A stretch of 64,000 nt of DNA from Bacillus subtilis subsp. subtilis str. 168 (GTDB lineage: Bacteria > Bacillota > Bacilli > Bacillales > Bacillaceae). Below the pieces are notes generated by a model that worked only from the letters and a program-made list of their open reading frames with translations, was not told the origin of the DNA and made no database searches. The stretch lies in assembly GCF_000009045.1 (NCBI RefSeq), contig NC_000964.3:2294001-2358000 (forward strand), written 5' to 3'. This document shows positions 30,613-40,580 of this stretch, piece by piece (position 1 is the first letter of the stretch; each line of letters opens with the position of its first letter). A program made the translations under genes and the position numbers.

Positions 30613-31632
30613 TTAAAGTGACTTTCTCATGATGACTTTTGCCTCTAATTCAATGGTTTGAGGCGCTCCTTTGTCACCTTCAATCCTTTTTAATACACGT
30701 TCCATCGCCGTCCTGCCCATATCATGTGACGGCTGGGCGATCGTTGTAATGCCTGGACCGATCAGTTTGTACCACTCCGTATCATCGAATCCTGCAATCC
30801 CTATATCTTGAGGGATGCGCAGGCCAAGCTCTTCCATACAGCTGATGATTTTCAGCATAATCAAGCCATTCAAAGCCAGAATCGCTTTTTTTTGCTCCGG
30901 CATTTCCTTGTGAAAAGAACGAAGCTCCGCCTTAAGCTGCTCCTTGTCCTTTACGTCAATTTCATGCAATCTGACAAGCCCGTTCACATTTTGAACCGAA
31001 GCCATTTCCTGATACACAGCTGCTCTTTCTGCACGAGGGCTGATAGAGGAAATCGGTTCGGTAAACAGCGCGACATCAGTATACCCTTTGCTGTACACCT
31101 TCTGAAGAATCTCTTTTGTGATCCATCTGTTGTCAGTCGTTACGGTATCCAGTTTCAGATCCGGCAGTTTCCGGTCAATTAAGATTGTTGGAATTTGCTG
31201 TTCAGCAAAAGCGCGGAGTACATCCTTGTTTTCCCCTGTTGCGTTTAAAATCAAGCCCTCAACCGAATGGGCTTCTAGCTTTAAGAGCATTTCCCGCTCT
31301 TTTTCAGGACTGTTATCTGTGTTGCACACCATAATGCTGTATCCATATTGATCACAAACCTCTTCGACTCCCCTGAAAGCAGCGACCGAAAAAGGATTTG
31401 TAATGTCAGCCACAACAAATCCGATTAACTTGCTTTTTTTTATTTTCAAACCTTGTGCCATTTTACTCGGCCGATAATTCAATTCTGCGATTGCCTTTTT
31501 AATGTTTTTCACTTTTTCAGGAGAAATCGCGTCAATTTTTCCGTTAATATAGCGGGAAACTGTCGATTTCGAAACTCCTGCACATTCAGCTACGTCTTTG
31601 ATGGTTGTATGGCCTGTTGTTTTCTTTTTCAT
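30613..31632 (-). CDS. kdgR: LacI-family repressor of kdg/kdu
   Basis: TIKDVAECAGVSKSTVSR HTH; GFDD. Confidence 0.93.
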   Translation of the reverse strand: MKKKTTGHTTIKDVAECAGVSKSTVSRYINGKIDAISPEKVKNIKKAIAELNYRPSKMAQGLKIKKSKLIGFVVADITNPFSVAAFRGVEEVCDQYGYSIMVCNTDNSPEKEREMLLKLEAHSVEGLILNATGENKDVLRAFAEQQIPTILIDRKLPDLKLDTVTTDNRWITKEILQKVYSKGYTDVALFTEPISSISPRAERAAVYQEMASVQNVNGLVRLHEIDVKDKEQLKAELRSFHKEMPEQKKAILALNGLIMLKIISCMEELGLRIPQDIGIAGFDDTEWYKLIGPGITTIAQPSHDMGRTAMERVLKRIEGDKGAPQTIELEAKVIMRKSL

Positions 31633-31657
31633 TCAAGTGCTCCTGTATCTCATATAT

Positions 31658-31803
31658 TTGAAACCGATTTCAAAACCGTTACAACAAAAGAATACCATAA
31701 TTTTAAAATTTGGGAAGAGTTTTTTTAATAATATGTCAATTCATTATTTTTTCGTTGACTCTTTTCACTATTTATCCTAAAATTTTCTTTGAAACCGTTA
31801 CCA
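31658..31803. promoter_or_regulatory. Divergent kdgR/kduI control region: two cre/LacI-type operators and the kduI SigA promoter
   Basis: TTGAAACCGATTTCA (31658-72), TTGAAACCGTTACCA (31789-803); TTGACT(31755-60)-17-TAAAAT(31778-83). Confidence 0.75.
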
Positions 31804-31853
31804 AAATATTTTCATTCAAGTGATGCTGAAATCCTAACCAAGGGGGAAATATA

Positions 31854-32681
31854 ATGGAAAATCGTTATTCTGTACATCCTGAACAAGTAAAACGCTTTAC
31901 AACAGAGGAGCTTCGCAGTCATTTCTTAATGGATTCTTTATTTACAGAAAACAAACTTACGATGTATTACTCACATGAAGACCGGGTTGTCATCGGCGGA
32001 GCGGCTCCAGGGCAAAGTGAACTGAAGCTTGATGCAGGTGATTTTCTAAAAACAGACTTCTTTTTGGAACGGCGTGAAATCGGGATTATTAATGTCGGCC
32101 AGCCTGGTGCCGTTAGAGTCGGCGATGATGAATATGTGCTTCAAACAAAGGATTTTCTCTATATTGGAATGGGCAATCAGGATGTATCGTTTTCAAGCCT
32201 GAACGGGGAAAAAGCGAAGTTTTACTTCGTCTCCGCTTGCGCCCACAAAAGCTATCCGACACAAAAAGCCGCCCTATCTGAACTGACACCGGACCGCCTT
32301 GGTGATGATGCAGCGTCTAATGTCAGAAGTCTGTACAAAGTCATTCATCAGGATGGCATTAAAAGCTGTCAGCTGATGATGGGAATAACGATGTTAGATC
32401 AAAACAACAACTGGAATACCATGCCAGCACACGTTCATGACCGTCGGATGGAGGCTTATCTTTATCTGGATCTTGAAAAGGACTCAAAGGTATTTCATTT
32501 CATGGGCCAGCCGGACGAAACACGCCATCTTGTTGTTGGAAATGAGCAGGCTGTCCTTTCTCCCGCTTGGTCTATTCATTCTGGCGCAGGAACATCAAAC
32601 TATAGCTTTGTGTGGGCGATGGCTGGAGAAAATTACACATTTACGGACATGGATCTCATTCCAATGGATGGGCTGAAATAA
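31854..32681 (+). CDS. kduI: 5-keto-4-deoxyuronate isomerase
   Basis: FLERREIG, WNTMPAHVHDRRMEAY, WAMAGEN. Confidence 0.95.
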   Translation: MENRYSVHPEQVKRFTTEELRSHFLMDSLFTENKLTMYYSHEDRVVIGGAAPGQSELKLDAGDFLKTDFFLERREIGIINVGQPGAVRVGDDEYVLQTKDFLYIGMGNQDVSFSSLNGEKAKFYFVSACAHKSYPTQKAALSELTPDRLGDDAASNVRSLYKVIHQDGIKSCQLMMGITMLDQNNNWNTMPAHVHDRRMEAYLYLDLEKDSKVFHFMGQPDETRHLVVGNEQAVLSPAWSIHSGAGTSNYSFVWAMAGENYTFTDMDLIPMDGLK

Positions 32682-32682
32682 G

Positions 32683-33447
32683 ATGGGTTATCTACATGAC
32701 GCCTTTTCATTAAAAGGAAAAACAGCGCTGGTGACAGGCCCGGGAACAGGGATCGGTCAAGGAATAGCCAAAGCCCTAGCCGGGGCTGGCGCTGATATTA
32801 TCGGCACATCACATACAAGCAGTCTGTCTGAAACACAGCAGCTTGTGGAACAGGAAGGCCGGATATTTACATCTTTTACATTGGACATGAGCAAGCCGGA
32901 AGCGATAAAGGATTCTGCAGCTGAGCTGTTTGAAAACAGGCAGATCGACATCCTTGTCAATAATGCCGGCATTATTCATCGGGAAAAAGCGGAAGATTTT
33001 CCAGAAGAGAACTGGCAGCACGTACTGAATGTCAATCTAAACAGCCTGTTTATTCTGACACAGCTTGCTGGCAGGCACATGCTGAAAAGAGGTCATGGAA
33101 AGATTATTAATATTGCCTCTCTCCTGTCTTTTCAAGGCGGCATCCTCGTTCCGGCTTACACCGCGAGCAAACACGCTGTTGCCGGTTTGACAAAATCATT
33201 TGCAAATGAGTGGGCAGCGTCAGGTATTCAGGTCAACGCAATCGCCCCAGGCTATATTTCTACTGCGAATACAAAGCCTATTCGGGATGACGAAAAGCGA
33301 AATGAGGACATTTTAAAGAGAATTCCTGCCGGCCGCTGGGGCCAAGCGGATGATATCGGGGGGACTGCAGTCTTTTTGGCATCACGTGCTTCAGATTATG
33401 TAAATGGACATATTTTAGCAGTTGATGGCGGCTGGCTATCCCGCTGA
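32683..33447 (+). CDS. kduD: 2-deoxy-D-gluconate 3-dehydrogenase (SDR)
   Basis: TGPGTGIG, NNAG, YTASK, VDGGWL. Confidence 0.95.
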   Translation: MGYLHDAFSLKGKTALVTGPGTGIGQGIAKALAGAGADIIGTSHTSSLSETQQLVEQEGRIFTSFTLDMSKPEAIKDSAAELFENRQIDILVNNAGIIHREKAEDFPEENWQHVLNVNLNSLFILTQLAGRHMLKRGHGKIINIASLLSFQGGILVPAYTASKHAVAGLTKSFANEWAASGIQVNAIAPGYISTANTKPIRDDEKRNEDILKRIPAGRWGQADDIGGTAVFLASRASDYVNGHILAVDGGWLSR

Positions 33448-33453
33448 CAAATA

Positions 33454-33484
33454 AAAAAGCTGACGAACGATCGTCAGCTTTTTT
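33454..33484. terminator. Bidirectional terminator kduD/ypvA
   Basis: AAAAAAGCTGACG-AACGAT-CGTCAGCTTTTTT. Confidence 0.9.
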
Positions 33485-33487
33485 CCA

Positions 33488-35413
33488 TTACATCATGTGC
33501 GGTTCAACAGGCAAGACCTTTTTGACCTCATCAATGATGCGTTCATTTTCTCCGCCAGCGTAAATGTGAATCGAGCCGCTGTCTTGATTCGAGCGAATCA
33601 GGCGCCCGATGCCCTGCCGTACACGTAACAACATATATGGCAGATCAACTTCTTCGAACGGATCTTTTTTCGCTCCGTTGCGCTTCGCTGTAAATACAGG
33701 ATCGTGTGGCGGGAACGGTAATGACCAAATGGTAACATTCTTCAATGCGTCACCGGGAATGTCGAGTCCTTCCCATAAGTGAACTGAACAAAGTACTGTT
33801 TCTTCTTCCTCTTGGAATTTCTCTACTAAGCTGCTGATTTCCTCATCACCTTCGAAGAAAATTGGATACGGCAGCTCCCATGCCGCCGACAGCTCTTTAA
33901 ACTCGTTTAATTCTTCAAAAGAAGGGAAAAGCACCAGCGTTCTTCCTTTGTATCGTTTGATTGTTTCAATCGTTTCAGCCGTTTTTTGTTCAGCGTCCAT
34001 ATCTGTTTTTGCGTATAGATTAATACTCATTTGCTCGTCATAATCATAAGGGGAATCAACAGTTAATGACAAATAATCATGAATCCCAAGACTGTCGGCA
34101 ATATAATCAAACGAACCGCCTTCTGACAGCGTAGCAGAAGAAAAGATATAAGGAATTTTCTTAGAAAACACTTTTTCGCCAAGTACTTCTGCTACCGTTC
34201 TCGGCATCACGACAAAGGTTGATTCTGCTTCCTTTTTCTCCAGCCAGCTGATCGCATCCTTTTGATATAGAGATAATGAATACGCCATTTGTTCAACATA
34301 TTCTTCCACTACTGACAGTTCGTATTGATCAATCGTATACATTTCAGACTCAAATACAAGTGCCTCACCGATTTTATCAAGTAAACGGCAAAGCTCGTCC
34401 GCCGCCTTTTTGACACGATGGTCATTTTTTATTTCTAAACGGTGTGAACCGGCTACTTCCTTTGATTCTTCAGAAAGAACATAGAAAAATTCGTCGTTTG
34501 CGAGAAGCGCATCTTCAATCAATTCTGCAAACTCTTCTCTGATGTCATTTTGCAGCAATCGTTCTAAAAACAATTCAAGAGTAGACTGCTTCACTCTATA
34601 GGTTAGCGCTTTTTGCGCAGCAAACTCTAACAAGTGCCCCTCATCAAATACAACTGCACTATGATCAGGCAAGAGCGGCAGCTGGCCCTCTCGTTTGCGT
34701 GATTCTTCCGTCCACACATGCTCCATATAAAAATCATGGGAACAAATGATTAAGTCCGTTGACTTGCGGTAGTAATCTCTGGAAAGTGTCAGACCGCATC
34801 TGTGTCTCATATCACAAGTCAGACAGTCCTGAAACGAGTCGTAGCTTACGTCAGACCACTCTTCATTCGATAGATTTGCGTACTGCTTACGGTCGCCATA
34901 CGGATAAAAGCGCTGCATCGCCTGGGACTCGTGGACAAATGACGGTAACGACTCATAAAGATCCAGCCATTTATCATCATCAGAACGCTGCATTGTTTTT
35001 TCAAGCTTCTTCAAGCATAAATATTGCTCATGTGATTTTGACAGCCTTGTATCAATTTTCAGATCAAGATGCTCAGCCAGCTTAGAAATATCGCCCTCTT
35101 TTTTCACCAGCTGTTCAATTAATGTTTCATCCGCACAAGCGATGATGGCAGGTTTGCCGACATACCTTGCATAGCTGATTGCAAAAAGAAGATATACCAG
35201 CGTTTTCCCCGTTCCCACTCCAGCTTCGGCGAACATGACTTTTTTCTCTTTAAACGCCCGCTCCAGCTGAAAAGCCATAAATACTTGCTCGTCCCGAAGA
35301 TCAAACCCTTTTTCGGGAAGGATATCGTAAAACACGTCACCAATCCAATTGTTCAATTCTTCATAAAAATTCTTTGTTTTCGTTAAAGAAAAAGGCAAAC
35401 GTGATGTTGTCAC
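33488..35413 (-). CDS. ypvA: DinG/XPD-family helicase with Fe-S cysteines
   Basis: EAGVGTGKT, DEGH, SATL, WEGLD, QGIGRLIR; YLC...CLTCDMRHRC. Confidence 0.9.
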   Translation of the reverse strand: MTTSRLPFSLTKTKNFYEELNNWIGDVFYDILPEKGFDLRDEQVFMAFQLERAFKEKKVMFAEAGVGTGKTLVYLLFAISYARYVGKPAIIACADETLIEQLVKKEGDISKLAEHLDLKIDTRLSKSHEQYLCLKKLEKTMQRSDDDKWLDLYESLPSFVHESQAMQRFYPYGDRKQYANLSNEEWSDVSYDSFQDCLTCDMRHRCGLTLSRDYYRKSTDLIICSHDFYMEHVWTEESRKREGQLPLLPDHSAVVFDEGHLLEFAAQKALTYRVKQSTLELFLERLLQNDIREEFAELIEDALLANDEFFYVLSEESKEVAGSHRLEIKNDHRVKKAADELCRLLDKIGEALVFESEMYTIDQYELSVVEEYVEQMAYSLSLYQKDAISWLEKKEAESTFVVMPRTVAEVLGEKVFSKKIPYIFSSATLSEGGSFDYIADSLGIHDYLSLTVDSPYDYDEQMSINLYAKTDMDAEQKTAETIETIKRYKGRTLVLFPSFEELNEFKELSAAWELPYPIFFEGDEEISSLVEKFQEEEETVLCSVHLWEGLDIPGDALKNVTIWSLPFPPHDPVFTAKRNGAKKDPFEEVDLPYMLLRVRQGIGRLIRSNQDSGSIHIYAGGENERIIDEVKKVLPVEPHMM

Positions 35414-35514
35414 CTAGTTCCAACCCCCAACTATTCGACATTCAGACCACCAATAATATCATTTTCCGCTGATGAATACAATAAAAAACTTGGCAATGCC
35501 AAGTTTTTTGCAGT

Positions 35515-35706
35515 TTACTTACGATTGATCACATGCGACGATAAAAAAGGATGGTCTGTTGAATAAATATGTTCTACCGCTTTTTCTAAATCAGTTTGCG
35601 CATGCGAAATCACAGACGGAGACGAATCAGTCCCGAGCTCCTTCAGCTCGTTTGCTGTTGCGTCAAGCGCCCTTTGAATAAGATTAAAATGTTCGCTGTT
35701 CAGCAT
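35515..35706 (-). CDS. yptA: Small protein of unknown function
   Basis: AGAGGTG RBS; CATACAAT sporulation-type -10 at 35735-42; terminator at about 35484-35510. Confidence 0.7.
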   Translation of the reverse strand: MLNSEHFNLIQRALDATANELKELGTDSSPSVISHAQTDLEKAVEHIYSTDHPFLSSHVINRK

Positions 35707-35869
35707 GAGATCACCTCTGATGGAAATAATCATCATTGTATGCGAACTTTTCATTTTATATACATGCTTTACCGCATGTTATCACCGAAACATGCACAAA
35801 CTACACTTGATATTCCGTCTCCGGATTATCCGTCTTATCAACAATATTCTATCAGGGAGTGATGTTGAC

Positions 35870-36022
35870 ATGAGTTATAGAAACCGATTAGATCAGCATT
35901 CTGAACTGTTTCATCACAATTGGACGCGGCCTAAACGTTCAAAGTCTCAAGTAAACGGTCACACTGAAATGTCCCAAACCAACATTATATTGAGAAGCAA
36001 CGCGAAAGCTCACCGTTGGTAA
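35870..36022 (+). CDS. ypzG: Small spore-associated protein (50 aa)
   Basis: GGGAGTG RBS; SigG-like GCATG(35774-78)-18-CAAACTA(35797-803). Confidence 0.75.
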   Translation: MSYRNRLDQHSELFHHNWTRPKRSKSQVNGHTEMSQTNIILRSNAKAHRW

Positions 36023-36074
36023 CGATAGAATAGGGCTGAAAGATGAAAGAAGACGCATGCAGAGCGTCTTCTTT

Positions 36075-37232
36075 TTATGCGTTTTCTGTTTTCTTGCGCT
36101 GCGGTCTTACTTTTGACCAGTATTGATAATAATCCGTTTTAATAAACCCGTTAAAGAGTTTTCGTTTCTTCGTTGCTTTTCTGCCATATGCTTCCTCAAA
36201 GTTTTCATTTGATGTCAGCATATACACAGACCAAGTATCAAGCGGCTCGAACGCCTGCCCCATTTCTTTGTACATCTGCTCAACGGCTTTTTTCTCGCCG
36301 AGACGCTCTCCATATGGCGGGTTGCCGACAATTACGCCAAATTCCAGATTTGTGGTAAAGTCTTTGACCTGCATCTGTTTGAACTGGATTAGATCTCCCA
36401 ATCCTGCTTCCTCTGCATTTTCTTTTGCGATTTGAACCATGCGGTGGTCTATGTCGCTAGCGAAAATTGTAAGCGGCTGATCATAATTTGCCTTTTCTTC
36501 GACTTCAAGCCGCGCTTTGTTCCACAGATCTTTACCGATCCATTCCCAATCCTCTGATACAAAATCGCGGTTGAATCCCGGGGCGATGTTTTGGCCGATT
36601 AGCGCCGCTTCTATCGCGATTGTTCCGGAGCCGCAGAAAGGATCAACAAACGGGCGGTCAGGCGTCCAATTGGTTAATTGCACCAAAGCGGCAGCAAGTG
36701 TTTCTTTAATCGGCGCACCGCCCTGATCGACACGGTATCCTCGTTTGTGAAGGCCCGTCCCTGATGAGTCCAGTGTAATCAAAGCCTGATCTTTCAATAA
36801 AGATATTTCCACTTTATACTCAGCACCTGTTTCTTCAATCCAATCATTGGCTTTGCCGGACTGCAGCTTGAGCTTTTCGACAATTGCTTTTTTGACGATC
36901 CGCTGACAGTCAGGAACGCTTGCAAGTGTTGATTTTACCGATTTTCCGATGACAGGGAATTTCCCGTTTTCAGGTATAAATGAGCGCCAGTTAATCGCTT
37001 TCGTTTTTTCAAACAGTTCATCAAATGTTTTCGCTTTAAAAGAAGCAACCTGAACCTTTATGCGGTCGGCTGTTCTAAGCCAAAGGTTCGCACGGCAGAT
37101 GGCAAGTGCATCACCTTCAAAAATAACTTTCCCGTTATCAACCTTGCATTCGTATCCTAAATCTCGTACTTCCTTTGCGACAACAGCTTCAATGCCCATC
37201 GGCGCCGTTGCAATTAGTGTATACTTCTTCAT
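36075..37232 (-). CDS. ypsC: THUMP-domain RNA methyltransferase (RlmL-like)
   Basis: LHKRGYR, APIKETLAA, DPFCGSGT, NPPYG. Confidence 0.92.
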   Translation of the reverse strand: MKKYTLIATAPMGIEAVVAKEVRDLGYECKVDNGKVIFEGDALAICRANLWLRTADRIKVQVASFKAKTFDELFEKTKAINWRSFIPENGKFPVIGKSVKSTLASVPDCQRIVKKAIVEKLKLQSGKANDWIEETGAEYKVEISLLKDQALITLDSSGTGLHKRGYRVDQGGAPIKETLAAALVQLTNWTPDRPFVDPFCGSGTIAIEAALIGQNIAPGFNRDFVSEDWEWIGKDLWNKARLEVEEKANYDQPLTIFASDIDHRMVQIAKENAEEAGLGDLIQFKQMQVKDFTTNLEFGVIVGNPPYGERLGEKKAVEQMYKEMGQAFEPLDTWSVYMLTSNENFEEAYGRKATKKRKLFNGFIKTDYYQYWSKVRPQRKKTENA

Positions 37233-37319
37233 CGTATCACCCTGTCTTTTAAAACTTTTCTCTTTTCAAGATAAAAGCTCTCCTTATACGGGAGAGCTTG
37301 TTTTCATCATTTTAAATGT

Positions 37320-37720
37320 AAGTGGTCTAACGTTCTGTAAGCCATGTTTTGTTCCATCGTACTGCAAACGGCTCATCACCTCGTACTCAGGCGGCAATCA
37401 TCTATCTACAGAAAGCATTCTGTCCTTCTCTCCGTTGAATTCCGTTAAGAAGGTTCCCCTACCAAAATTTGGGTTTCTCGCTCGAGGGGTTTACCGCGTT
37501 CCACTCTCACCATTTCTAGTGAGACTTCGTCACTGTGGCACTTTCAAGGATACTCAGCCATATCCGAAGACGTAGGCTTTTTTCCTGCCGTCAGCCTCTA
37601 AAGACTGCCCTAGCTTATGACTTCGCTAGGCACGAACACTACGGGCATCTCAGCACCGTGCGAGCATGGACTTTCCTCTACAGATTCAAGATCTGCAGCG
37701 ATTACCCGAACGTTAAGAAC
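37320..37720 (-). ncRNA. rnpB: RNase P RNA, type B (401 nt)
   Basis: 5' GUUCUUAACGUUCGGGUAAUCGCU, GAGGAAAGUCC and AAAACAUGGCUUAC P4 motifs; TTGTAA(37751-56)-17-TATAAT(37728-33) promoter; terminator at about 37274-37300. Confidence 0.97.
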
Positions 37721-37778
37721 ATGAATTATTATATAACAACTGATTACAATTTACAAGCGCCATTTTTTTCAAGCGTGA

Positions 37779-38075
37779 TCAATCATAAAGCTTGCTGCCA
37801 AAAACGTGTTTTTCTAAGTTAGACAGCCGTTTTAAAATATCAAAGTTTGTTGTGTTAGATTGCACAGGCTGTTTTTTGCTGGCTTCTTCAAGCTGTTTTT
37901 TCAGCTGCAGATTTTCCTGCTGCAGTTCTTCAATTTCTTGATGGAAGGTTTCATAATCCTTAATAATCATATCTAAAAATTTGTCAACGTCTTCTTGCTT
38001 GTAGCCTCTAACGCCTGTTTTAAATTCTTTTTCCAAAATTTCTTTCGCAGAAAGCTTTACTTTATCAGCAAGCAT
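37779..38075 (-). CDS. gpsB: DivIVA-family cell-division adaptor
   Basis: [21 protein letters not shown]; [17 protein letters not shown]. Confidence 0.97.
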   Translation of the reverse strand: MLADKVKLSAKEILEKEFKTGVRGYKQEDVDKFLDMIIKDYETFHQEIEELQQENLQLKKQLEEASKKQPVQSNTTNFDILKRLSNLEKHVFGSKLYD

Positions 38076-38152
38076 CTTTTTCACCTCGTATCGTGAATCA
38101 TCACATATATTTTTTCAGAAATCTGTACGGTTGTCAAATTTCTCTCTCATTG

Positions 38153-38695
38153 TTAGTAGCTGTCTTCCTCCACTGTCACTCTCAAGTCATCCATTGTAAT
38201 AAAGTAGATGGGATAGCCATCCTGTTCGCGCCTTTTTTCCGCTGTCCCAAGCATATACTTAGGGGAGCCTTCCTTTTCCGGGTCATATAAAAGCAGAAGC
38301 CCGTCGGACTTATCAATGAAGAACTGATTTTTTTGTTTGAATTGAAGCGGGCTTTCATAAGGACGGTGAGTCAGGCTTGCTTCATAGTCTGCCTGAGCCA
38401 GAACTGCTTCATACTGTTCTTTATTCGGTTCTTTCCAGTTCTTTTCCTGCTCGTAAAATGGTGTGATGACAGCTACCTTTAAGTCAGGGTATTCCTCCTG
38501 CAAATCATATGCAGCTTCTGCCGCCCACAGCTCAACTCCAAGCTGGCCCGAAATTAAAATCCATTCTAATCCTTCATCCAAAAAAGCAATCAGCCGGTTT
38601 TTAATGGCTTTTTTTATGTAATACAGCGCCTTGTCATCCTGCTTAAATATCCCCAGTTCAAACGGTTTATAGCCCGTTATTGCCAATACTTTCAT
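38153..38695 (-). CDS. ypsA: SLOG-superfamily protein
   Basis: [29 protein letters not shown]; start after GCAGGTG. Confidence 0.92.
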   Translation of the reverse strand: MKVLAITGYKPFELGIFKQDDKALYYIKKAIKNRLIAFLDEGLEWILISGQLGVELWAAEAAYDLQEEYPDLKVAVITPFYEQEKNWKEPNKEQYEAVLAQADYEASLTHRPYESPLQFKQKNQFFIDKSDGLLLLYDPEKEGSPKYMLGTAEKRREQDGYPIYFITMDDLRVTVEEDSY

Positions 38696-38783
38696 CATTT
38701 CACCTGCTTTAAAAAATGGGGCTCCCGTGGGCCCCATTTGTTGTGCTGCATTGTTTACACCATCAAGCTGCACGTTTTCCATA

Positions 38784-39011
38784 CTAGTAGTCGCAGCAAG
38801 GTTTTCCTGCTTGAAAATGCTGATGCGTAGCCGGGTCAACATTTGAGAAAGTGTGTGGAAAGTAGTGAACGTGCTGAAAATGCTGGTGGTTTACGTTTGT
38901 TGTATGCTGTGGGTGAATGTGCGGCACGATAGTCTTCGAAAACGTATGGTGTTCACAGCAATGAGTAGGATGGACAATTGGCGCCATCATATGCGGTCTG
39001 CAGTGATGCAT
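38784..39011 (-). CDS. cotD: Spore coat protein D (His/Cys rich)
   Basis: [16 protein letters not shown]..., GGAAAGGGG RBS; SigK-like CATAACTTA upstream. Confidence 0.95.
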   Translation of the reverse strand: MHHCRPHMMAPIVHPTHCCEHHTFSKTIVPHIHPQHTTNVNHQHFQHVHYFPHTFSNVDPATHQHFQAGKPCCDY

Positions 39012-39094
39012 GATAAAATCCCCTTTCCATAAACTTTATTACAATACTAAGTTATGAAAAATAAGGGGTACATGTTCTGATGCAAAGACCTATT

Positions 39095-39190
39095 TTAAAA
39101 GTGTGCAATTAAGCTGTCTTTAAAGTTTGAAAACACAAAAGCAATCAAAAATACCACAACAAAGAACAAGTAAAAAACACCCTTATACAT
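39095..39190 (-). CDS. Candidate 31-aa single-TM protein MYKGVFYLFFVVVFLIAFVFSNFKDSLIAHF (not in supplied ORF track)
   Basis: AAAGGGAG RBS 7 nt before ATG; TTGTAG(39245-50)-17-TAAAAT(39222-27) promoter; uninterrupted hydrophobic core. Confidence 0.62.
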   Translation of the reverse strand: MYKGVFYLFFVVVFLIAFVFSNFKDSLIAHF

Positions 39191-39323
39191 ACCAACTCTC
39201 CCTTTAAAAATAACTAACGTCATTTTACAGGATTCGCCGCTATTCTACAACAAAATCAATGTGAATTCAGCAAAAAAAATTCATGGCGAAACAAGTCGTC
39301 TTTTGCGCTTTCCCGGGGAATAT

Positions 39324-40565
39324 TTAAGAGGAATATTTCCTCTTTAGCCGGGCAATTCTCACATGCAGTTTTTCAGTTTCTTTCTCTGATAAGCATGCCG
39401 CATCGCTAAGCGATTGCTCTGCTACTTGCAATGCTTTTCCGAATTCTTTTTTCTTATGCTCAAAATATTTCGCGAGCTCTATTACAGCAGCGTATCTGCA
39501 CTTCTGGTTTTGCGAGCGGGACAGCTTTTCCCAAAGCGGCACTGCTTCTTCCAAGCGGTTTTGTTTTTTGTACAGGAGCGATAAATCCAGCCGTGCACTG
39601 TCCTGGTCCTCAAACGATTTTTCTATAAGCCTTTCCAACTGCTTGATCGCTTGGTCCGTTTCTTTATGAGCCATAAACCATTTCGCCATAGCATAGGCTT
39701 CACTGTGTTCTTTTGGCGCATGTGATTCTGAAAGGATTTTTTTAGACATATGGATGTACAATGAAATGAGTGATAACACATCCATTTCATTATGATGCAG
39801 GACACCTTTTAAAAGATCCGGCTCTTGCGCCTTGATAAAATGAAAGTAAAGCATTGGCGCCAAGTAGCCCGGTGTGTCTTCTAGCCTGCGGATGCCGAGC
39901 TCCTCTTTTTCAACCGTGCCAAGAGATACACGGTCCATTTTGTGTTTCCACAGGCGTCTAGCTCCATGCAAAAGATCAAAGTGGCCAAACTCCGGAAGCT
40001 TCGGAAGTCTGTCACGGATCAAGGTGTGCCTTGTTTTCACCTGCGGCCAATCAAAGGCTTTGCCGTTGTAGGTCACAAGTGATGTAATGTCAACCTCGCT
40101 TAAAAAGCTTTGGTACAAGGCGACTTCGTTCCCCGGTTTGGGCAAAAGATGCTGTTTGACTGTCACTCGGTCTTCATATACTCTCGCATGCCCAAGCAAA
40201 AAAATGGTATTCCCAGCTCCACCCCCAAGACCGGTTGTTTCTGTATCAAAGAAAAAGAGGTTGTTTTTGTTATACCCTTTTGCTGACAATGTATGCGACA
40301 GGCCGCTTTGATTCCACAGTGTGATCACTTCCTCAAGCTCAGAAAAGCTGTATAACCCATGGCGGTGAGAAAGCGGATATTCTACTTCTCTGATGAGGCA
40401 ATATTCATCTTCGAAGATGAAAGGCTTCATGCCAAAAGCCTCCCACTCTTCTAAAAACGGGATGTCATCAAAGTGGTTTTCTTGTTTGCCTGCTTCTATT
40501 TTTTGTTCTCCTTCGTCGAGCGCCATGTGCTTTTTCATCCGTTGGAGTTTCCCTTTTAATGACAT
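39324..40565 (-). CDS. mrfB: DEDD/RNase_H_2 exonuclease with C-terminal TPRs (YprB)
   Basis: FFDTETTG, YNGKAFD, HFDLLH, HNEMDV; TPR-like helices. Confidence 0.9.
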   Translation of the reverse strand: MSLKGKLQRMKKHMALDEGEQKIEAGKQENHFDDIPFLEEWEAFGMKPFIFEDEYCLIREVEYPLSHRHGLYSFSELEEVITLWNQSGLSHTLSAKGYNKNNLFFFDTETTGLGGGAGNTIFLLGHARVYEDRVTVKQHLLPKPGNEVALYQSFLSEVDITSLVTYNGKAFDWPQVKTRHTLIRDRLPKLPEFGHFDLLHGARRLWKHKMDRVSLGTVEKEELGIRRLEDTPGYLAPMLYFHFIKAQEPDLLKGVLHHNEMDVLSLISLYIHMSKKILSESHAPKEHSEAYAMAKWFMAHKETDQAIKQLERLIEKSFEDQDSARLDLSLLYKKQNRLEEAVPLWEKLSRSQNQKCRYAAVIELAKYFEHKKKEFGKALQVAEQSLSDAACLSEKETEKLHVRIARLKRKYSS

Positions 40566-40580
40566 ATCCGGCCTCCCTCC

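Noticed and set aside
33464-33477. CGAAC-containing LexA-like word after kduD
   Set aside because: It is the loop and arm of a terminator; the right half does not match GTTCG and it is not at a promoter
38696-38842. 49-codon N-terminal extension of ypsA overlapping cotD
   Set aside because: It crosses the cotD terminator and coding end; the RBS (GCAGGTG) is at the MKVLAITG start
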